This document shows, piece by piece, positions 20,724 to 31,056 of a stretch of 64,000 bases of DNA (positions are counted from its first letter, which is position 1; each line of letters opens with the position of its first letter). The stretch comes from an uncultured Eubacteriales bacterium (GTDB lineage: Bacteria > Bacillota > Clostridia > Oscillospirales > CAG-272): assembly GCA_934486825.1 (NCBI GenBank), contig CAKSQF010000001.1:34905-98904 (forward strand), written 5' to 3'. A model generated the notes under the pieces. That model worked only from the letters and a program-made list of their open reading frames with translations, had not been told where the DNA came from and made no database searches. A program made the translations under genes and the position numbers.

Positions 20724-23356
20724 AATTTGTTTATTTAGCCATTGCGACATTTTTGCTGGCAGTGTCGATGATTCTGCCCGGATGTACGGTTTCGGACCGT
20801 AATAACGGAACCTTCACCGAGGGGCAGACGTCTGTTCTGCCGCCGATCACCGAAAATGAAATATGTCTGAACGGAAAAGCATTGTACGCCGAAAAGAGCG
20901 GGTTCGAAAATGGTATTGCCGTTGATCCCGACAAAGTCAACAGCCTTGTGCTTACAAATAACGGATATACCGAAATGAAGGCGATTGTTGTTTTCTCGTC
21001 GGAAATAACCTTTCTGTCGGACGGCACCGTACCGTTCGGCAAAAACGGAATATGCCTGTCGGCACTTCCGGGTGAGAAAGCCGCGGCTGAGTTCAGAGCA
21101 GGTGCGGGACATGTCTCGGTTGCGTATTTTTCAAAGGACGGTATTTCAGCAGCCTTTGCCTGTGATTATGCGGGATTTGAACTTGCTCTGTCAGACCGAT
21201 CGTTCGGCTATAATATTGTTACGGCGGCGGCGATCCGAACGGATAAGCAGCTTGATATAACAAGACCGTGCAGAATAACCGTAGACGGCGGGAGCCTCTG
21301 TGTAGCCGATACCGTCTATGTCTGCTACGACGACAGCGAAGGCTTTGAAATTGTATGTTCCGATACGGGCATAGTCGATTTTGATGCCTTCTTTGCGGAT
21401 ACGCCTAAGGCAGAACTTGTGCTTCCGGAGAAACTTGCGGAAAAACTGTTCCCGAAGTCATATTATCTGCGTGCAAAGACAATAAACGGGGAAGAGCTGC
21501 GCAGTAATTATAAGGAAATCGTTTCGGATAAGGCGCTTGCCGACCTCGTTGACGACTCGCGGCTTCCGAGGCTTATCGAAGGAGATACACTGTATTTTTC
21601 GGAGGGAAGCCGGATATCGGACGGGCACAGGATAACCGCTCCGGTTGATTTCGTGTTTGATGACGAAAGCGTAATCGACGGTAAAATATCTGTCGGAAGT
21701 TCGGATGAGTGTATGATTACACTCAAAGCATCCGGGAAATTTGCAAGCAGTCCGCCTATTGTCGTTGATTCCGACCGTGTTGACGTCGTGTGGAATGATT
21801 GCGGGCTGAATATATATGAGATTTGCAGACTTTGGAATTTCCGCACGGTTAACGGCAGACGTTATTCGGACGGACAGCTCGGCGGTGATTCGGACGCAAG
21901 CGACCCGGATGTCAGAATGTTGCAGGGTAAGAATAATATTGCCGAGGATATACAGTGGATATCCGACGGATATCTGCTGCGTGCCCGGATAAGCTGTGTC
22001 GCCGATCCGTCGGCGCTCGGGCAGGCAGTCCTTTCGCTCGGATGTAAGAACGGAAGCGTAAGCTGCGGTGACAGCGTCAATCTGCTTGATCCGCTCGGAG
22101 TGAGCCTGACGCTTACCGATAAAAACGGTAAAAGCTCAAAATATCTTATCGTTACCGAATATGTTCCGACGAAATTGCCGGTTATAGTCATAAACACGGA
22201 GGTTTCCTCCGGTATGATCCCCCGTGACGAGTATGTCAACGGAACGATAAGAATAAACTGCGATTATGCAGACGGTTTTTCGGGTATCGGAACGTCGTCG
22301 ATTCAGATACGCGGACGCGGTAATTCGACATGGAAATGGGAGAAGAAGCCGTATAAGATCAAATTTGATAAAAAGACATCGGTTCTCGGACTGGAAAAGG
22401 CAAAGAAGTGGGTTCTGCTCGCAAATTATTCGGATAAATCGCTTATAAGAAACACGCTTGCTTTTTCTGCCGCAGCCTTCCTTTCGGGGATGAAATATGC
22501 GCCGACCCAGTATCCGGTTGATCTTTTTCTGAACGGCAGGTATGTCGGGGTGTACAGTATAGGTGAGCAGATCGAAGCAAAAAAGGGAAGAGTGGAGCTT
22601 GCGGATAACGGTACCGACCCCGATACCGGGTATCTGATCGAACTCGGCGGAACGTCGGCGGGGGATGTCTGGGATGTTACCTGCTTTTTTACGGAACTGA
22701 GCAAGTACGCAAAAATAAAGGCGCCCGATGAATCAACGCTGACTGTCGAACAGGTTGCGTATATAAAAGAATATTTTACAAAAGCCGAGGAAGCCATAAT
22801 AGCCGGGTCGGGGTACGAGGAGTATATCGATATTGATGCGCTTATCGATTGGTTCCTGCTTCATGAGCTTTCGTATAACCTTGATTCAAGCTTCAGAAGA
22901 AGCTGCTATATAACAAAGGATGCCGGCGGAAAGCTGACAATGGGTCCCGCGTGGGACTTTGACCTTGCATTCGGTAACTTCACACGGGATAAGCTTAACG
23001 GAAAAGGCTGGGCATGCCTTTACGATAACGGAGGCTATCTGTGGCCAAACTGGATGACCTATCTGCTGTCTGACCGGGCATTTATTTCGAAGCTGTCGGC
23101 AAGATGGGAGGAAATAGGCGAGCCGCTCGTCGAATACCTGTTTTCCGAGATAGACAGACTCTACGAGCTGGTGTCGCCGTCCGCAAAATATAATTTTAAG
23201 GTCTGGAATATACTCAACAGAAAAGTCGGATATCAACCGTATGTCCATGTGAAATATAATACATATGAGCTTCAGATGACCTTTCTTAAGGAATATATAA
23301 CAAAACGCGCGGCATGGATGACCGAAAACGTATCGGTGGTCGTAAACAAAAAATGA
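20720..23356 (+). CDS. Lipoprotein with a C-terminal CotH-family (atypical kinase fold) domain
   Basis: Carries the lipobox LPGC. The C-terminal part (PYKIKFDKK...KWVLLANYSDKSLIRNTLAF...GPAWDFDLAFGN...) matches CotH family features. No family is recognised in the N-terminal ~480 aa. Confidence 0.65.
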   Translation: MKFVYLAIATFLLAVSMILPGCTVSDRNNGTFTEGQTSVLPPITENEICLNGKALYAEKSGFENGIAVDPDKVNSLVLTNNGYTEMKAIVVFSSEITFLSDGTVPFGKNGICLSALPGEKAAAEFRAGAGHVSVAYFSKDGISAAFACDYAGFELALSDRSFGYNIVTAAAIRTDKQLDITRPCRITVDGGSLCVADTVYVCYDDSEGFEIVCSDTGIVDFDAFFADTPKAELVLPEKLAEKLFPKSYYLRAKTINGEELRSNYKEIVSDKALADLVDDSRLPRLIEGDTLYFSEGSRISDGHRITAPVDFVFDDESVIDGKISVGSSDECMITLKASGKFASSPPIVVDSDRVDVVWNDCGLNIYEICRLWNFRTVNGRRYSDGQLGGDSDASDPDVRMLQGKNNIAEDIQWISDGYLLRARISCVADPSALGQAVLSLGCKNGSVSCGDSVNLLDPLGVSLTLTDKNGKSSKYLIVTEYVPTKLPVIVINTEVSSGMIPRDEYVNGTIRINCDYADGFSGIGTSSIQIRGRGNSTWKWEKKPYKIKFDKKTSVLGLEKAKKWVLLANYSDKSLIRNTLAFSAAAFLSGMKYAPTQYPVDLFLNGRYVGVYSIGEQIEAKKGRVELADNGTDPDTGYLIELGGTSAGDVWDVTCFFTELSKYAKIKAPDESTLTVEQVAYIKEYFTKAEEAIIAGSGYEEYIDIDALIDWFLLHELSYNLDSSFRRSCYITKDAGGKLTMGPAWDFDLAFGNFTRDKLNGKGWACLYDNGGYLWPNWMTYLLSDRAFISKLSARWEEIGEPLVEYLFSEIDRLYELVSPSAKYNFKVWNILNRKVGYQPYVHVKYNTYELQMTFLKEYITKRAAWMTENVSVVVNKK

Positions 23357-23357
23357 T

Positions 23358-23395
23358 AAAAAGCAGAGACAGATCTGAACCTGTCTCTGCTTTTT
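23358..23395. terminator. Bidirectional terminator between the convergent cotH-like gene and cysK
   Basis: AAAAGCAGAGACAG-loop-CTGTCTCTGCTTTT. Confidence 0.8.
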
Positions 23396-23406
23396 GAATT
23401 TGCCTG

Positions 23407-24339
23407 TCAGTCTGCGAACAACGCTGTCGAAAGATACCTGTCACCCGTGTCCGGGAAGAGGACAACTATTCTTTTTCCCTCGTTTTCGGGACGCTTTGCA
23501 AGAAGTATCGCGGCATGAAGCGCGGCGCCCGATGATATGCCGACGAGAACTCCTTCTTTCTTTCCGATAAGACGTCCCGCCGCGAATGCATCATCATTCT
23601 CTACCGGGATAATTTCGTCGTATACCGATGTGTCAAGTATCTCGGGAACGAATCCTGCTCCGATGCCCTGTATTTTGTGCGGACCGGCAGCTTTGCCCGA
23701 AAGGACAGCCGACGATGCGGGTTCGACCGCGACTACCTTTATATCGGCATCCTTTTCTTTGAGATAACGCCCGGTTCCGGTTATTGTGCCGCCCGTACCG
23801 ACACCCGCAACGAAAAAGTCAAGCTTTCCGTCGGTGTCGGTCCATATTTCGGGTCCGGTCGTCTCATAGTGCGCCTTCGGGTTTGCGGGATTGACAAACT
23901 GCCCCGGTATGAAGCTGTTTTCAATCGAAGCGGCAAGCTCGTTGGCTTTTGCGATTGCTCCCGACATTCCTTTTGAACCTTCCGACAGTACAAGCTCGGC
24001 TCCGTAAGCCTTCATGAGCTGCCTGCGCTCGACCGACATGCTGTCGGGCATCACGATTATAAGTCTGTATCCGCGCGCCGCCGCGACCGATGCAAGACCG
24101 ATACCGGTATTTCCGCTTGTCGGTTCAATTATTACCGATCCGCTTTTGAGTCTGCCGCTTCTTTCGGCATCGTCAAGCATCGCCTTTGCAACACGATCCT
24201 TGACCGAGCCTGCGGGATTCAGAAATTCAAGCTTGGCAATTATTTTTGCCTTAAGTCCCAGTTCTTTTTCTATGTGAGTGAGCTCAAGCAGAGGTGTTTT
24301 TCCGATAAGCTCATCCGCCGATTTGTGTATTGCTGACAT
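23407..24339 (-). CDS. cysK: Cysteine synthase A (O-acetylserine sulfhydrylase)
   Basis: Carries LNPAGSVKDR (PLP lysine), EPTSGNTGIGLA and GVGTGGTITG. The ATG at 24339 is preceded by AGGAGGA. Confidence 0.93.
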   Translation of the reverse strand: MSAIHKSADELIGKTPLLELTHIEKELGLKAKIIAKLEFLNPAGSVKDRVAKAMLDDAERSGRLKSGSVIIEPTSGNTGIGLASVAAARGYRLIIVMPDSMSVERRQLMKAYGAELVLSEGSKGMSGAIAKANELAASIENSFIPGQFVNPANPKAHYETTGPEIWTDTDGKLDFFVAGVGTGGTITGTGRYLKEKDADIKVVAVEPASSAVLSGKAAGPHKIQGIGAGFVPEILDTSVYDEIIPVENDDAFAAGRLIGKKEGVLVGISSGAALHAAILLAKRPENEGKRIVVLFPDTGDRYLSTALFAD

Positions 24340-24355
24340 ATTGTATCCTCCTTTG

Positions 24356-24384
24356 CAATAACCTATCAACTTGATAGGTTATTG
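24356..24384. promoter_or_regulatory. Perfect 14+1+14 palindrome in the cysK leader (candidate operator or leader hairpin)
   Basis: CAATAACCTATCAA-C-TTGATAGGTTATTG, located 4 nt upstream of the cysK RBS. Confidence 0.5.
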
Positions 24385-24475
24385 TAGCATGTAGTGATTG
24401 TTTTGTCAATGACTTTTTAAAAATTTTTTATTTTTGACGAAAAAAACGACTTTTGTAAAAAAAATTTGCTCCCAC

Positions 24476-24504
24476 TTGACTTTTTTCCGAAAATATGATA
24501 CAAT
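24476..24504 (+). promoter_or_regulatory. Sigma-70 promoter of icd
   Basis: TTGACT (24476-24481), a 17-nt spacer with TG, then TACAAT (24499-24504). Confidence 0.65.
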
Positions 24505-24532
24505 GCTGAAATAAAAATAACGGAGAACAGAT

Positions 24533-25759
24533 ATGAAGAAAATAGAAATGAAGACCCCGCTCGTCGAGATGGACGGGGATGAGATGACAAGAGTCATCTG
24601 GAAAATGATAAAGGATATACTGATAAACCCGTATGTCAGGCTGAAATCGGAATATTACGATCTCGGACTTGAAAACCGTAACGCAACGGCTGACAGGGTA
24701 ACGGTCGAAAGCGCGATAGCGACGAAAAAATACGGCGTTGCCGTGAAATGCGCAACGATTACGCCGAACGCCGCGAGAATGACCGAGTATAATCTCAGCG
24801 AAATGTGGAAGTCGCCCAACGGAACAATAAGGGCAATGCTTGACGGTACCGTTTTCCGCGCACCGATAATCGTAAATGGGGTAACTCCGTATATCCCGAG
24901 CTGGAAAAAACCGATAACAATAGCAAGGCACGCTTACGGAGACGTTTATAAAAACTCTGAACTTGCTGTTCCTGCCGGATCAAAGTGCGAGCTTGTATGT
25001 ACCGACAAAAACGGGAAGGAAACCAGAAAGCTTATACACGATTTCGACGGTAACGGGGTAATACAGGGAATACATAATACCGATCGGTCAATCGAAAGCT
25101 TTGCAAGGAGCTGCTTCAATTACGCTCTCGATACAAAGCAGGATCTCTGGTTCTCAACAAAGGATACCATATCCAAAATATACGACCACAGATTCAAGGA
25201 TATTTTTGCCGATCTGTACGAAAATGAATATAAGGAACGCTTTGAGAAGGCGGGAATAACATATTTCTATACACTGATAGACGATGCGGTCGCACGTGTG
25301 GTACGCTCGGATGGCGGATTTATATGGGCACTGAAAAATTATGACGGCGATGTAATGTCGGACATGATAGCAACCGCATACGGCTCGCTTGCAATGATGA
25401 CATCGGTACTTGTTTCTCCCGACGGGGTATATGAGTATGAGGCGGCTCACGGAACCGTTCAGCGCCACTATTATAAGCATCTGAAGGGTGAAAAGACATC
25501 TACAAACAGCGTTGCGACCATATTCGCATGGAGCGGAGCGCTGAAGAAGCGCGGTGAGCTGGACGACCTTTGTGAGCTTGTGACCTTCGGTGAAAAACTT
25601 GAGGCTGCAACCGTCAAAACGATCGAAAGCGGATACATGACCGGTGATCTTGCCGCAATCTCAAAGCTCGATAATATCAAAAAGCTTGATACCGAGGAGT
25701 TTTTGCATGCGGTTGCCGAAACTCTTGAAGGTCTGCTCCGAACCGACGATATTATTTGA
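24533..25759 (+). CDS. icd: NADP-dependent isocitrate dehydrogenase (about 400-aa eukaryote-like subtype)
   Basis: Carries [38 protein letters not shown] and [10 protein letters not shown]. Confidence 0.92.
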   Translation: MKKIEMKTPLVEMDGDEMTRVIWKMIKDILINPYVRLKSEYYDLGLENRNATADRVTVESAIATKKYGVAVKCATITPNAARMTEYNLSEMWKSPNGTIRAMLDGTVFRAPIIVNGVTPYIPSWKKPITIARHAYGDVYKNSELAVPAGSKCELVCTDKNGKETRKLIHDFDGNGVIQGIHNTDRSIESFARSCFNYALDTKQDLWFSTKDTISKIYDHRFKDIFADLYENEYKERFEKAGITYFYTLIDDAVARVVRSDGGFIWALKNYDGDVMSDMIATAYGSLAMMTSVLVSPDGVYEYEAAHGTVQRHYYKHLKGEKTSTNSVATIFAWSGALKKRGELDDLCELVTFGEKLEAATVKTIESGYMTGDLAAISKLDNIKKLDTEEFLHAVAETLEGLLRTDDII

Positions 25760-25767
25760 AAAAACAC

Positions 25768-26026
25768 TTGACAAAATCGATTTTTGTATTATAATATCAT
25801 ATAAGTATAGTTCTTGATACCGTACTTTTCCCGAAGGACATGACAATCGGATACTTCGTCCGCAGAGAGTGATCGTTTGCTGAAAGATCACGTCGGAGCC
25901 CGCTGTTGTTACCACCGTCGGATGAACGCGCAAAAAAATAAAAAAAGTTAAAAGCTCGGGTGGAACCGTGCGGATTGTTGATGATATCGCACCCCGACAT
26001 GCATAAATGCATGTCGGGGTGCTTTT
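25768..26026 (+). promoter_or_regulatory. Promoter plus T-box leader (threonine specifier) with terminator, controlling thrS
   Basis: TTGACA (25768-25773) and TATAAT (25790-25795). Tandem ACC ACC at 25911-25916 is the candidate Thr specifier. The T-box core is AAGCTCGGGTGGAACCGTGCGG (25952-25973). The terminator is GCACCCCGACATGCA-TAAA-TGCATGTCGGGGTGC plus TTTT (25989-26026). Confidence 0.85.
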
Positions 26027-26057
26027 GATTAAAATGTGAAATCAGGAGGAAAACAAA

Positions 26058-27995
26058 ATGAAGCTTAAAGTCAATCATGCCGATCTGGAATCGGATGCGA
26101 TCTCAACTGTCTATGATGCGATAAAGGAAGCGGGACTTATGACGCGCGATGTGCTTGCCGCGTCCGTAGGCGGCAATACCGTGGAGCTTACCGCTCCCGC
26201 TGTTGAAGGAAGCGATATCCTGCCGCTGACATTTGCGGATGAAGAGGGCAGAAGGGTGTTTCGTCATACAGCGTCACATATTCTTGCACAGGCGGTAAAA
26301 CGTCTGTTCCCGGACGCAAAGCTTACAATCGGACCTGCGGTTGATGACGGATTCTATTATGATATCGACAGCGAGGAAACCTTTACAACGGAAAATCTTT
26401 CAAAGCTTGAAGCCGAAATGAAAAAGATTGTGAAGGAAAATCTGAAGATCGAACGGTTTGTTCTTCCGAGAGCCGAAGCCAAAAAGCTTATGGAAGAGAG
26501 AAACGAGCCGTATAAGCTGCTCCTTATAGACCGTGTCCCCGATGGCGAGGATATTTCGTTTTACCGTCAGGGAGAATTTGTGGACCTTTGCGCAGGTCCT
26601 CACCTCTTCTCAACCGGAGCCGTAAAGGCGTTCAAACTTACGCAGTGCACGGGTGCGTACTGGGAAGGCGATTCGTCGAATAAGCAGCTCCAGCGTATCT
26701 ACGGTACCGCATTTCCGACCAAGGACGAGCTGAACGAATTTCTTGCCGCAAGAGAAGAGGCAAGAAAGCGCGATCATAATAAGCTCGGCAGAGAACTCAA
26801 ATTTTTCACAACTGTCGATATCATAGGTCAGGGTCTTCCGATCATGCTTCCGAAGGGCGCAAGGGTTATTCAGATACTGCAAAGATTTGTCGAGGATGAG
26901 GAGCAGAGAAGAGGCTGGCAGCTTACAAAAACGCCTTATATGGCAAAATCCGATCTCTATAAATTGTCAGGTCACTGGGATCACTATCGTGACGGTATGT
27001 TTGTTATGGGCGATCCGGATGCAAAGGAGTGCTTTGCACTTCGTCCGATGACCTGTCCGTTCCAGTATCAGGCGTACCTGTCGGAGGCACGCTCTTACCG
27101 TGATCTGCCTATCCGTTATAATGAAACATCGACGCTTTTCCGTAACGAGGATTCGGGTGAGATGCACGGACTTATCCGCGTGCGCCAGTTTACGATCTCG
27201 GAGGGACATCTGATGTGTCGTCCCGATCAGCTTGAGGATGAGTTCAAAAAATGTCTTGAGCTTTCTGTGTTTATGCTAAAAACTCTCGGACTTTATGATG
27301 ACGTAAGCTATCGCTTCTCTCAGTGGGATCCGAATGACACTCAAAAGTATATAGGAACCGCAGAGGATTGGGATGAAGCACAGGGTGTAATGAAAAAAAT
27401 ACTTGATCACCTTCAGATCCCGTATAAGATCGGCATAGGTGAGGCGGCGTTCTACGGACCGAAGCTCGATATTCAGATAAAGAACGTGTTCGGTAAAGAG
27501 GATACGCTGATTACAATTCAGATCGACCAGTTCCTTGCCGAGAAATTCGGTATGGTATATAACGATCGCGATGACGTAAAGAGAAATCCGTATATTATCC
27601 ACCGCACGTCGATCGGATGCTATGAGCGTACACTTGCACTTCTTATTGAAAAGTATGCGGGTGCGTTCCCGCTCTGGCTTTCGCCTACTCAGGTCAAAGT
27701 GCTTCCGATCGGTACCGAACAGCATGATTTCGCCGAAGGTGTAATGCGCAGACTTATCGATGCGGGTATCGTGCGTACCGAAATCGATGAACGGAATGAA
27801 AAGATCGGCTATAAGATCAGAGAGGCGCAGCTTGAAAAGATACCGTATATGCTTGTAATCGGTGCAAATGAAGCAGAGTCCGGGTCGGTTATGGTCAGAA
27901 ACCGCAAGGGCGAGTCTACCCCCATGTCGGTTGATGAGTTTATCGCAAGAGCAGTCGAAGAGCAGAAGAGCAGATCGCTTGAGCTGACAATGTAA
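26058..27995 (+). CDS. thrS: Threonyl-tRNA synthetase
   Basis: Has the N-terminal TGS domain, the editing domain HTASHILAQAV, and the class II core FRNEDSGEMHGLIRVRQFT. It is 645 aa and lies downstream of the Thr T-box. Confidence 0.96.
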   Translation: MKLKVNHADLESDAISTVYDAIKEAGLMTRDVLAASVGGNTVELTAPAVEGSDILPLTFADEEGRRVFRHTASHILAQAVKRLFPDAKLTIGPAVDDGFYYDIDSEETFTTENLSKLEAEMKKIVKENLKIERFVLPRAEAKKLMEERNEPYKLLLIDRVPDGEDISFYRQGEFVDLCAGPHLFSTGAVKAFKLTQCTGAYWEGDSSNKQLQRIYGTAFPTKDELNEFLAAREEARKRDHNKLGRELKFFTTVDIIGQGLPIMLPKGARVIQILQRFVEDEEQRRGWQLTKTPYMAKSDLYKLSGHWDHYRDGMFVMGDPDAKECFALRPMTCPFQYQAYLSEARSYRDLPIRYNETSTLFRNEDSGEMHGLIRVRQFTISEGHLMCRPDQLEDEFKKCLELSVFMLKTLGLYDDVSYRFSQWDPNDTQKYIGTAEDWDEAQGVMKKILDHLQIPYKIGIGEAAFYGPKLDIQIKNVFGKEDTLITIQIDQFLAEKFGMVYNDRDDVKRNPYIIHRTSIGCYERTLALLIEKYAGAFPLWLSPTQVKVLPIGTEQHDFAEGVMRRLIDAGIVRTEIDERNEKIGYKIREAQLEKIPYMLVIGANEAESGSVMVRNRKGESTPMSVDEFIARAVEEQKSRSLELTM

Positions 27996-28007
27996 TGCTT
28001 TGCGGAT

Positions 28008-28880
28008 ATGAGATATACAATAAAGAACAGACTGCTGACCGTAACGGTTGACAGTATCGGTGCTGAGCTCGTATCCGTAAAGAAGAGGGAAGAGGAATAT
28101 ATCCGGCAGTGCAGGGATACGGAGCTTTGGTCGTCGCATGCTCCGATCCTTTTCCCGGTCTGCGGCAGGCTGAGCGGCGGCGGATATCTGTATGACGGCA
28201 TAAAATACAATATGCCGCTTCACGGATTTGCAAAGGATTTTGATTTTGAAGTCCGCTTTTGCGGCAACGACCGTATTCTTCTGTCCCTGTCAGCGGACGA
28301 AAAATCAAAGGAATTTTTTCCTTTCGAATTCGAATTTATCGTTGAGTACAGGCTGTCGGCAGATACCGTTGATGTAAAAACGGTTGTAAAAAACAGAGGC
28401 GATAAAGTAATGCCGGCGACAGTGGGATTTCATCCGGGATTTGCGGTTGCACGTGATGCGGACTTGCTGTCCGATTGTCGTATTGATTTTGTTGAAGTTT
28501 GCAGTCCGGATAAGCTTTTGCTGTCGGCTGACGGCTTCAATACCGGAAGAAAATGTGCTTTTCCGCTTGAAGACGGACACCTGCTGAATGTTTCGGACAG
28601 TCTGATCGGTGATTGCGGACTCTTTCTCTCAAATACTTCGGGACGTGTGCTGCTTGAGTCGCCGGTCGGGGGAAAGCGGGTTGAGATTGACTGTCACGGA
28701 ATCCCTTACGTCGGTATATGGAGGGAAAACAGTAAGAATGCAGGTTATATCTGCATCGAACCGTGGTGCGGACTTCCGTCATTCGAAGGTGACCTGTCTG
28801 ACATTGAAACAAAAAATGATATGTTCCGTATTCAACCGATGAACGAAAAGAAGATCGGTATACGGATGAAATTTTTCTGA
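28008..28880 (+). CDS. Aldose 1-epimerase family protein
   Basis: Carries PILFPVCGRL...G.KYNMPLHGFA and GFHPGF motifs typical of the mutarotase-like fold. Confidence 0.6.
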   Translation: MRYTIKNRLLTVTVDSIGAELVSVKKREEEYIRQCRDTELWSSHAPILFPVCGRLSGGGYLYDGIKYNMPLHGFAKDFDFEVRFCGNDRILLSLSADEKSKEFFPFEFEFIVEYRLSADTVDVKTVVKNRGDKVMPATVGFHPGFAVARDADLLSDCRIDFVEVCSPDKLLLSADGFNTGRKCAFPLEDGHLLNVSDSLIGDCGLFLSNTSGRVLLESPVGGKRVEIDCHGIPYVGIWRENSKNAGYICIEPWCGLPSFEGDLSDIETKNDMFRIQPMNEKKIGIRMKFF

Positions 28881-28886
28881 AACAGT

Positions 28887-28924
28887 AAAAACACGGTCTG
28901 TCGAAAAACGGCAGACCGTGTTTT
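28887..28924. terminator. Bidirectional terminator between the epimerase gene and clpX
   Basis: AAAACACGGTCTG-loop-CAGACCGTGTTTT. Confidence 0.8.
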
Positions 28925-28932
28925 ATGTTTTG

Positions 28933-30285
28933 TTATGATGCGCTCTCGGTACTTGCTTCAAGTACTTCCTTCGGCAGGGGTTTCGTAATTATTTTCGGCT
29001 GTCCTTTTTTGTTTACCGAATCGGCTGTGATTATTACCTTGGCTACATCATCCCTTGACGGAATGTCGTACATTATGTCAAGCATTATCTCTTCCATAAT
29101 GGCGCGCAGACCGCGGGCGCCCGTTTTGCGCTCGATCGCAAGAGACGCTATCGCCTTTATCGCATCCGGCTCAAATTCAAGCTCAACATTGTCCATTCCG
29201 ATAAGAGCTTTGTATTGCTTTATAAGCGCATTCTTAGGTTCGACAAGTATGCGGGTGAGCGCATTTTCATCAAGTGCATCAAGCGATACTATGACCGGAA
29301 GTCTGCCGACAAGCTCGGGTATCAGCCCGAATTTTACAATGTCGTGAGGTACTACGCTCGCAAGATAGTTTTTCTGCTCAAGCTCTTCCTTTGAGGCAAC
29401 ATCTCCTCCGAAGCCTATTCCCGATTTTACCGATATTCTGTTTTTGATTATTTCGTCCAGTCCTTCAAACGCACCGCCGCAGATAAACAGGATGTTTTCG
29501 GTGTTTATGTGAATGAAGTCCTGATTCGGATGTTTTCTGCCACCCTGAGGAGGAACATTTGCGACAGTGCCTTCAAGTATTTTAAGAAGAGCCTGCTGTA
29601 CGCCTTCACCCGAAACATCACGCGTTATCGAGCGATTCTCGCTTTTTCTGGCTATTTTGTCAATCTCATCGATATAAATAATGCCTTTTTCCGCAAGCTC
29701 AATGTCAAAATCGGCTGCCTGAATCAGTCGGAGCAGAATGTTTTCGACATCCTCACCGACATATCCCGCCTCGGTCAGAGTTGTTGCATCGGCAATTGCA
29801 AAGGGTACCTGCAAGGCTTTTGCGAGATTCTGTGCGAGATATGTTTTTCCGACACCGGTCGGACCGAGCAGGAGTACGTTGGATTTTGATATCTCCACCT
29901 GCTGATCGTCGCCATTGCCGACGGCTTCTTTTTTCTTTCCTTTTCTTGTCTTTTTCAGTTGCGACTTTGATAGGATCCGCTTGTAGTGATTGTATACCGC
30001 AACGCAGAGAGCTTTCTTCGCCGCATCCTGCCCGATGACATATTCGTCAAGCCGATTCTTCAGATCGATCGGTTTCGGGAGCTTGTTCAGTGACAGACCG
30101 TCTCCTGAGTTGTTGTTTATGCGCTCCTGCTCATCTATCAGTTCCGAGCAGACATCAACGCATGCGTCGCAAATAAAAACCCCGGTGGGAGAGGGAATCA
30201 GGTACTCAACCTGATCCTCGGTCCTTCCGCAAAAGGAGCATCTGTTCTGTTTGTATTTGGTTCTGTCGTTTGTTTCGTTAGCCAT
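28933..30285 (-). CDS. clpX: ATP-dependent Clp protease ATP-binding subunit ClpX
   Basis: Carries the zinc finger CSFCGR...CDAC, Walker [11 protein letters not shown] and [10 protein letters not shown]. Confidence 0.96.
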   Translation of the reverse strand: MANETNDRTKYKQNRCSFCGRTEDQVEYLIPSPTGVFICDACVDVCSELIDEQERINNNSGDGLSLNKLPKPIDLKNRLDEYVIGQDAAKKALCVAVYNHYKRILSKSQLKKTRKGKKKEAVGNGDDQQVEISKSNVLLLGPTGVGKTYLAQNLAKALQVPFAIADATTLTEAGYVGEDVENILLRLIQAADFDIELAEKGIIYIDEIDKIARKSENRSITRDVSGEGVQQALLKILEGTVANVPPQGGRKHPNQDFIHINTENILFICGGAFEGLDEIIKNRISVKSGIGFGGDVASKEELEQKNYLASVVPHDIVKFGLIPELVGRLPVIVSLDALDENALTRILVEPKNALIKQYKALIGMDNVELEFEPDAIKAIASLAIERKTGARGLRAIMEEIMLDIMYDIPSRDDVAKVIITADSVNKKGQPKIITKPLPKEVLEASTESAS

Positions 30286-30320
30286 TGTTACCTCGTCAGT
30301 TGAACGGTTTTTTTGAGTTT

Positions 30321-30908
30321 TCAGATGCGTTTTTCGATCACTCTGTCAATAAGACCGTATTCGGCTGCCTCTGCCGCCGTCATGAAATTGTCGCGCTCTG
30401 TGTCGGCGGCAATAACATCAATGCTTCTGCCTGTGTTTGCGGCAAGAATCCGGTTGAGATTGTTTTTCGTGCGGATAAGCTGCTCGGCATGGATTTTTAT
30501 GTCTGTTGCCTGACCCTGCATGCCTCCGACCAGAGGCTGGTGAATCATAATTTCGCTGTTCGGAAGCGCGAGGCGTTTTCCTTTTGCTCCGCTTGACAGA
30601 AGAAAAGCTCCCATGCTCGCCGCAAGTCCTATGCATATGGTTGAAACATCGCATTTTATGAAATTCATTGTATCATAAATAGCAAATCCTGCGCTGACCG
30701 AGCCTCCGGGACTGTTTATATAAAGCGAAATGTCCTTGTCGGGGTCTTGCGCTTCAAGGAAAAGCAGCTGTGCAACGACGATCGATGCGGTAACATCGTT
30801 CACTTCGTCCGAGAGGAATATGATCCTGTCGTTAAGAAGTCTTGAGTATATGTCGTATGCACGCTCGCCGCCCGCTGTTTTTTCAATTACCGTTGGTACA
30901 AGTGCCAT
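30321..30908 (-). CDS. clpP: ATP-dependent Clp protease proteolytic subunit ClpP
   Basis: Carries [33 protein letters not shown] (catalytic Ser) and IMIHQP. Confidence 0.97.
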   Translation of the reverse strand: MALVPTVIEKTAGGERAYDIYSRLLNDRIIFLSDEVNDVTASIVVAQLLFLEAQDPDKDISLYINSPGGSVSAGFAIYDTMNFIKCDVSTICIGLAASMGAFLLSSGAKGKRLALPNSEIMIHQPLVGGMQGQATDIKIHAEQLIRTKNNLNRILAANTGRSIDVIAADTERDNFMTAAEAAEYGLIDRVIEKRI

Positions 30909-31056
30909 TTGATTGCCTCCTTTGTTTATCGGCTGTTTTTTGTGAATTTCTGTATTATAAGCAATAAGGGTACCGAAAATGCGAAAACATAAAACAGTTT
31001 ACACATCCGAAGCACCCTTGCTGTTTTTTATTCCGGCACCCGGAAGGGTGCGCTTT

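Noticed and set aside
27276-28223. 315-aa minus-strand ORF
   Set aside because: It is antisense to thrS and the epimerase gene. This is a shadow ORF.
30909-31056. Possible CtsR operator upstream of clpP
   Set aside because: The clpP upstream region contains no tandem GGTCAAA-type heptad repeat. Only a -10-like TATAAT and the tig terminator are visible.
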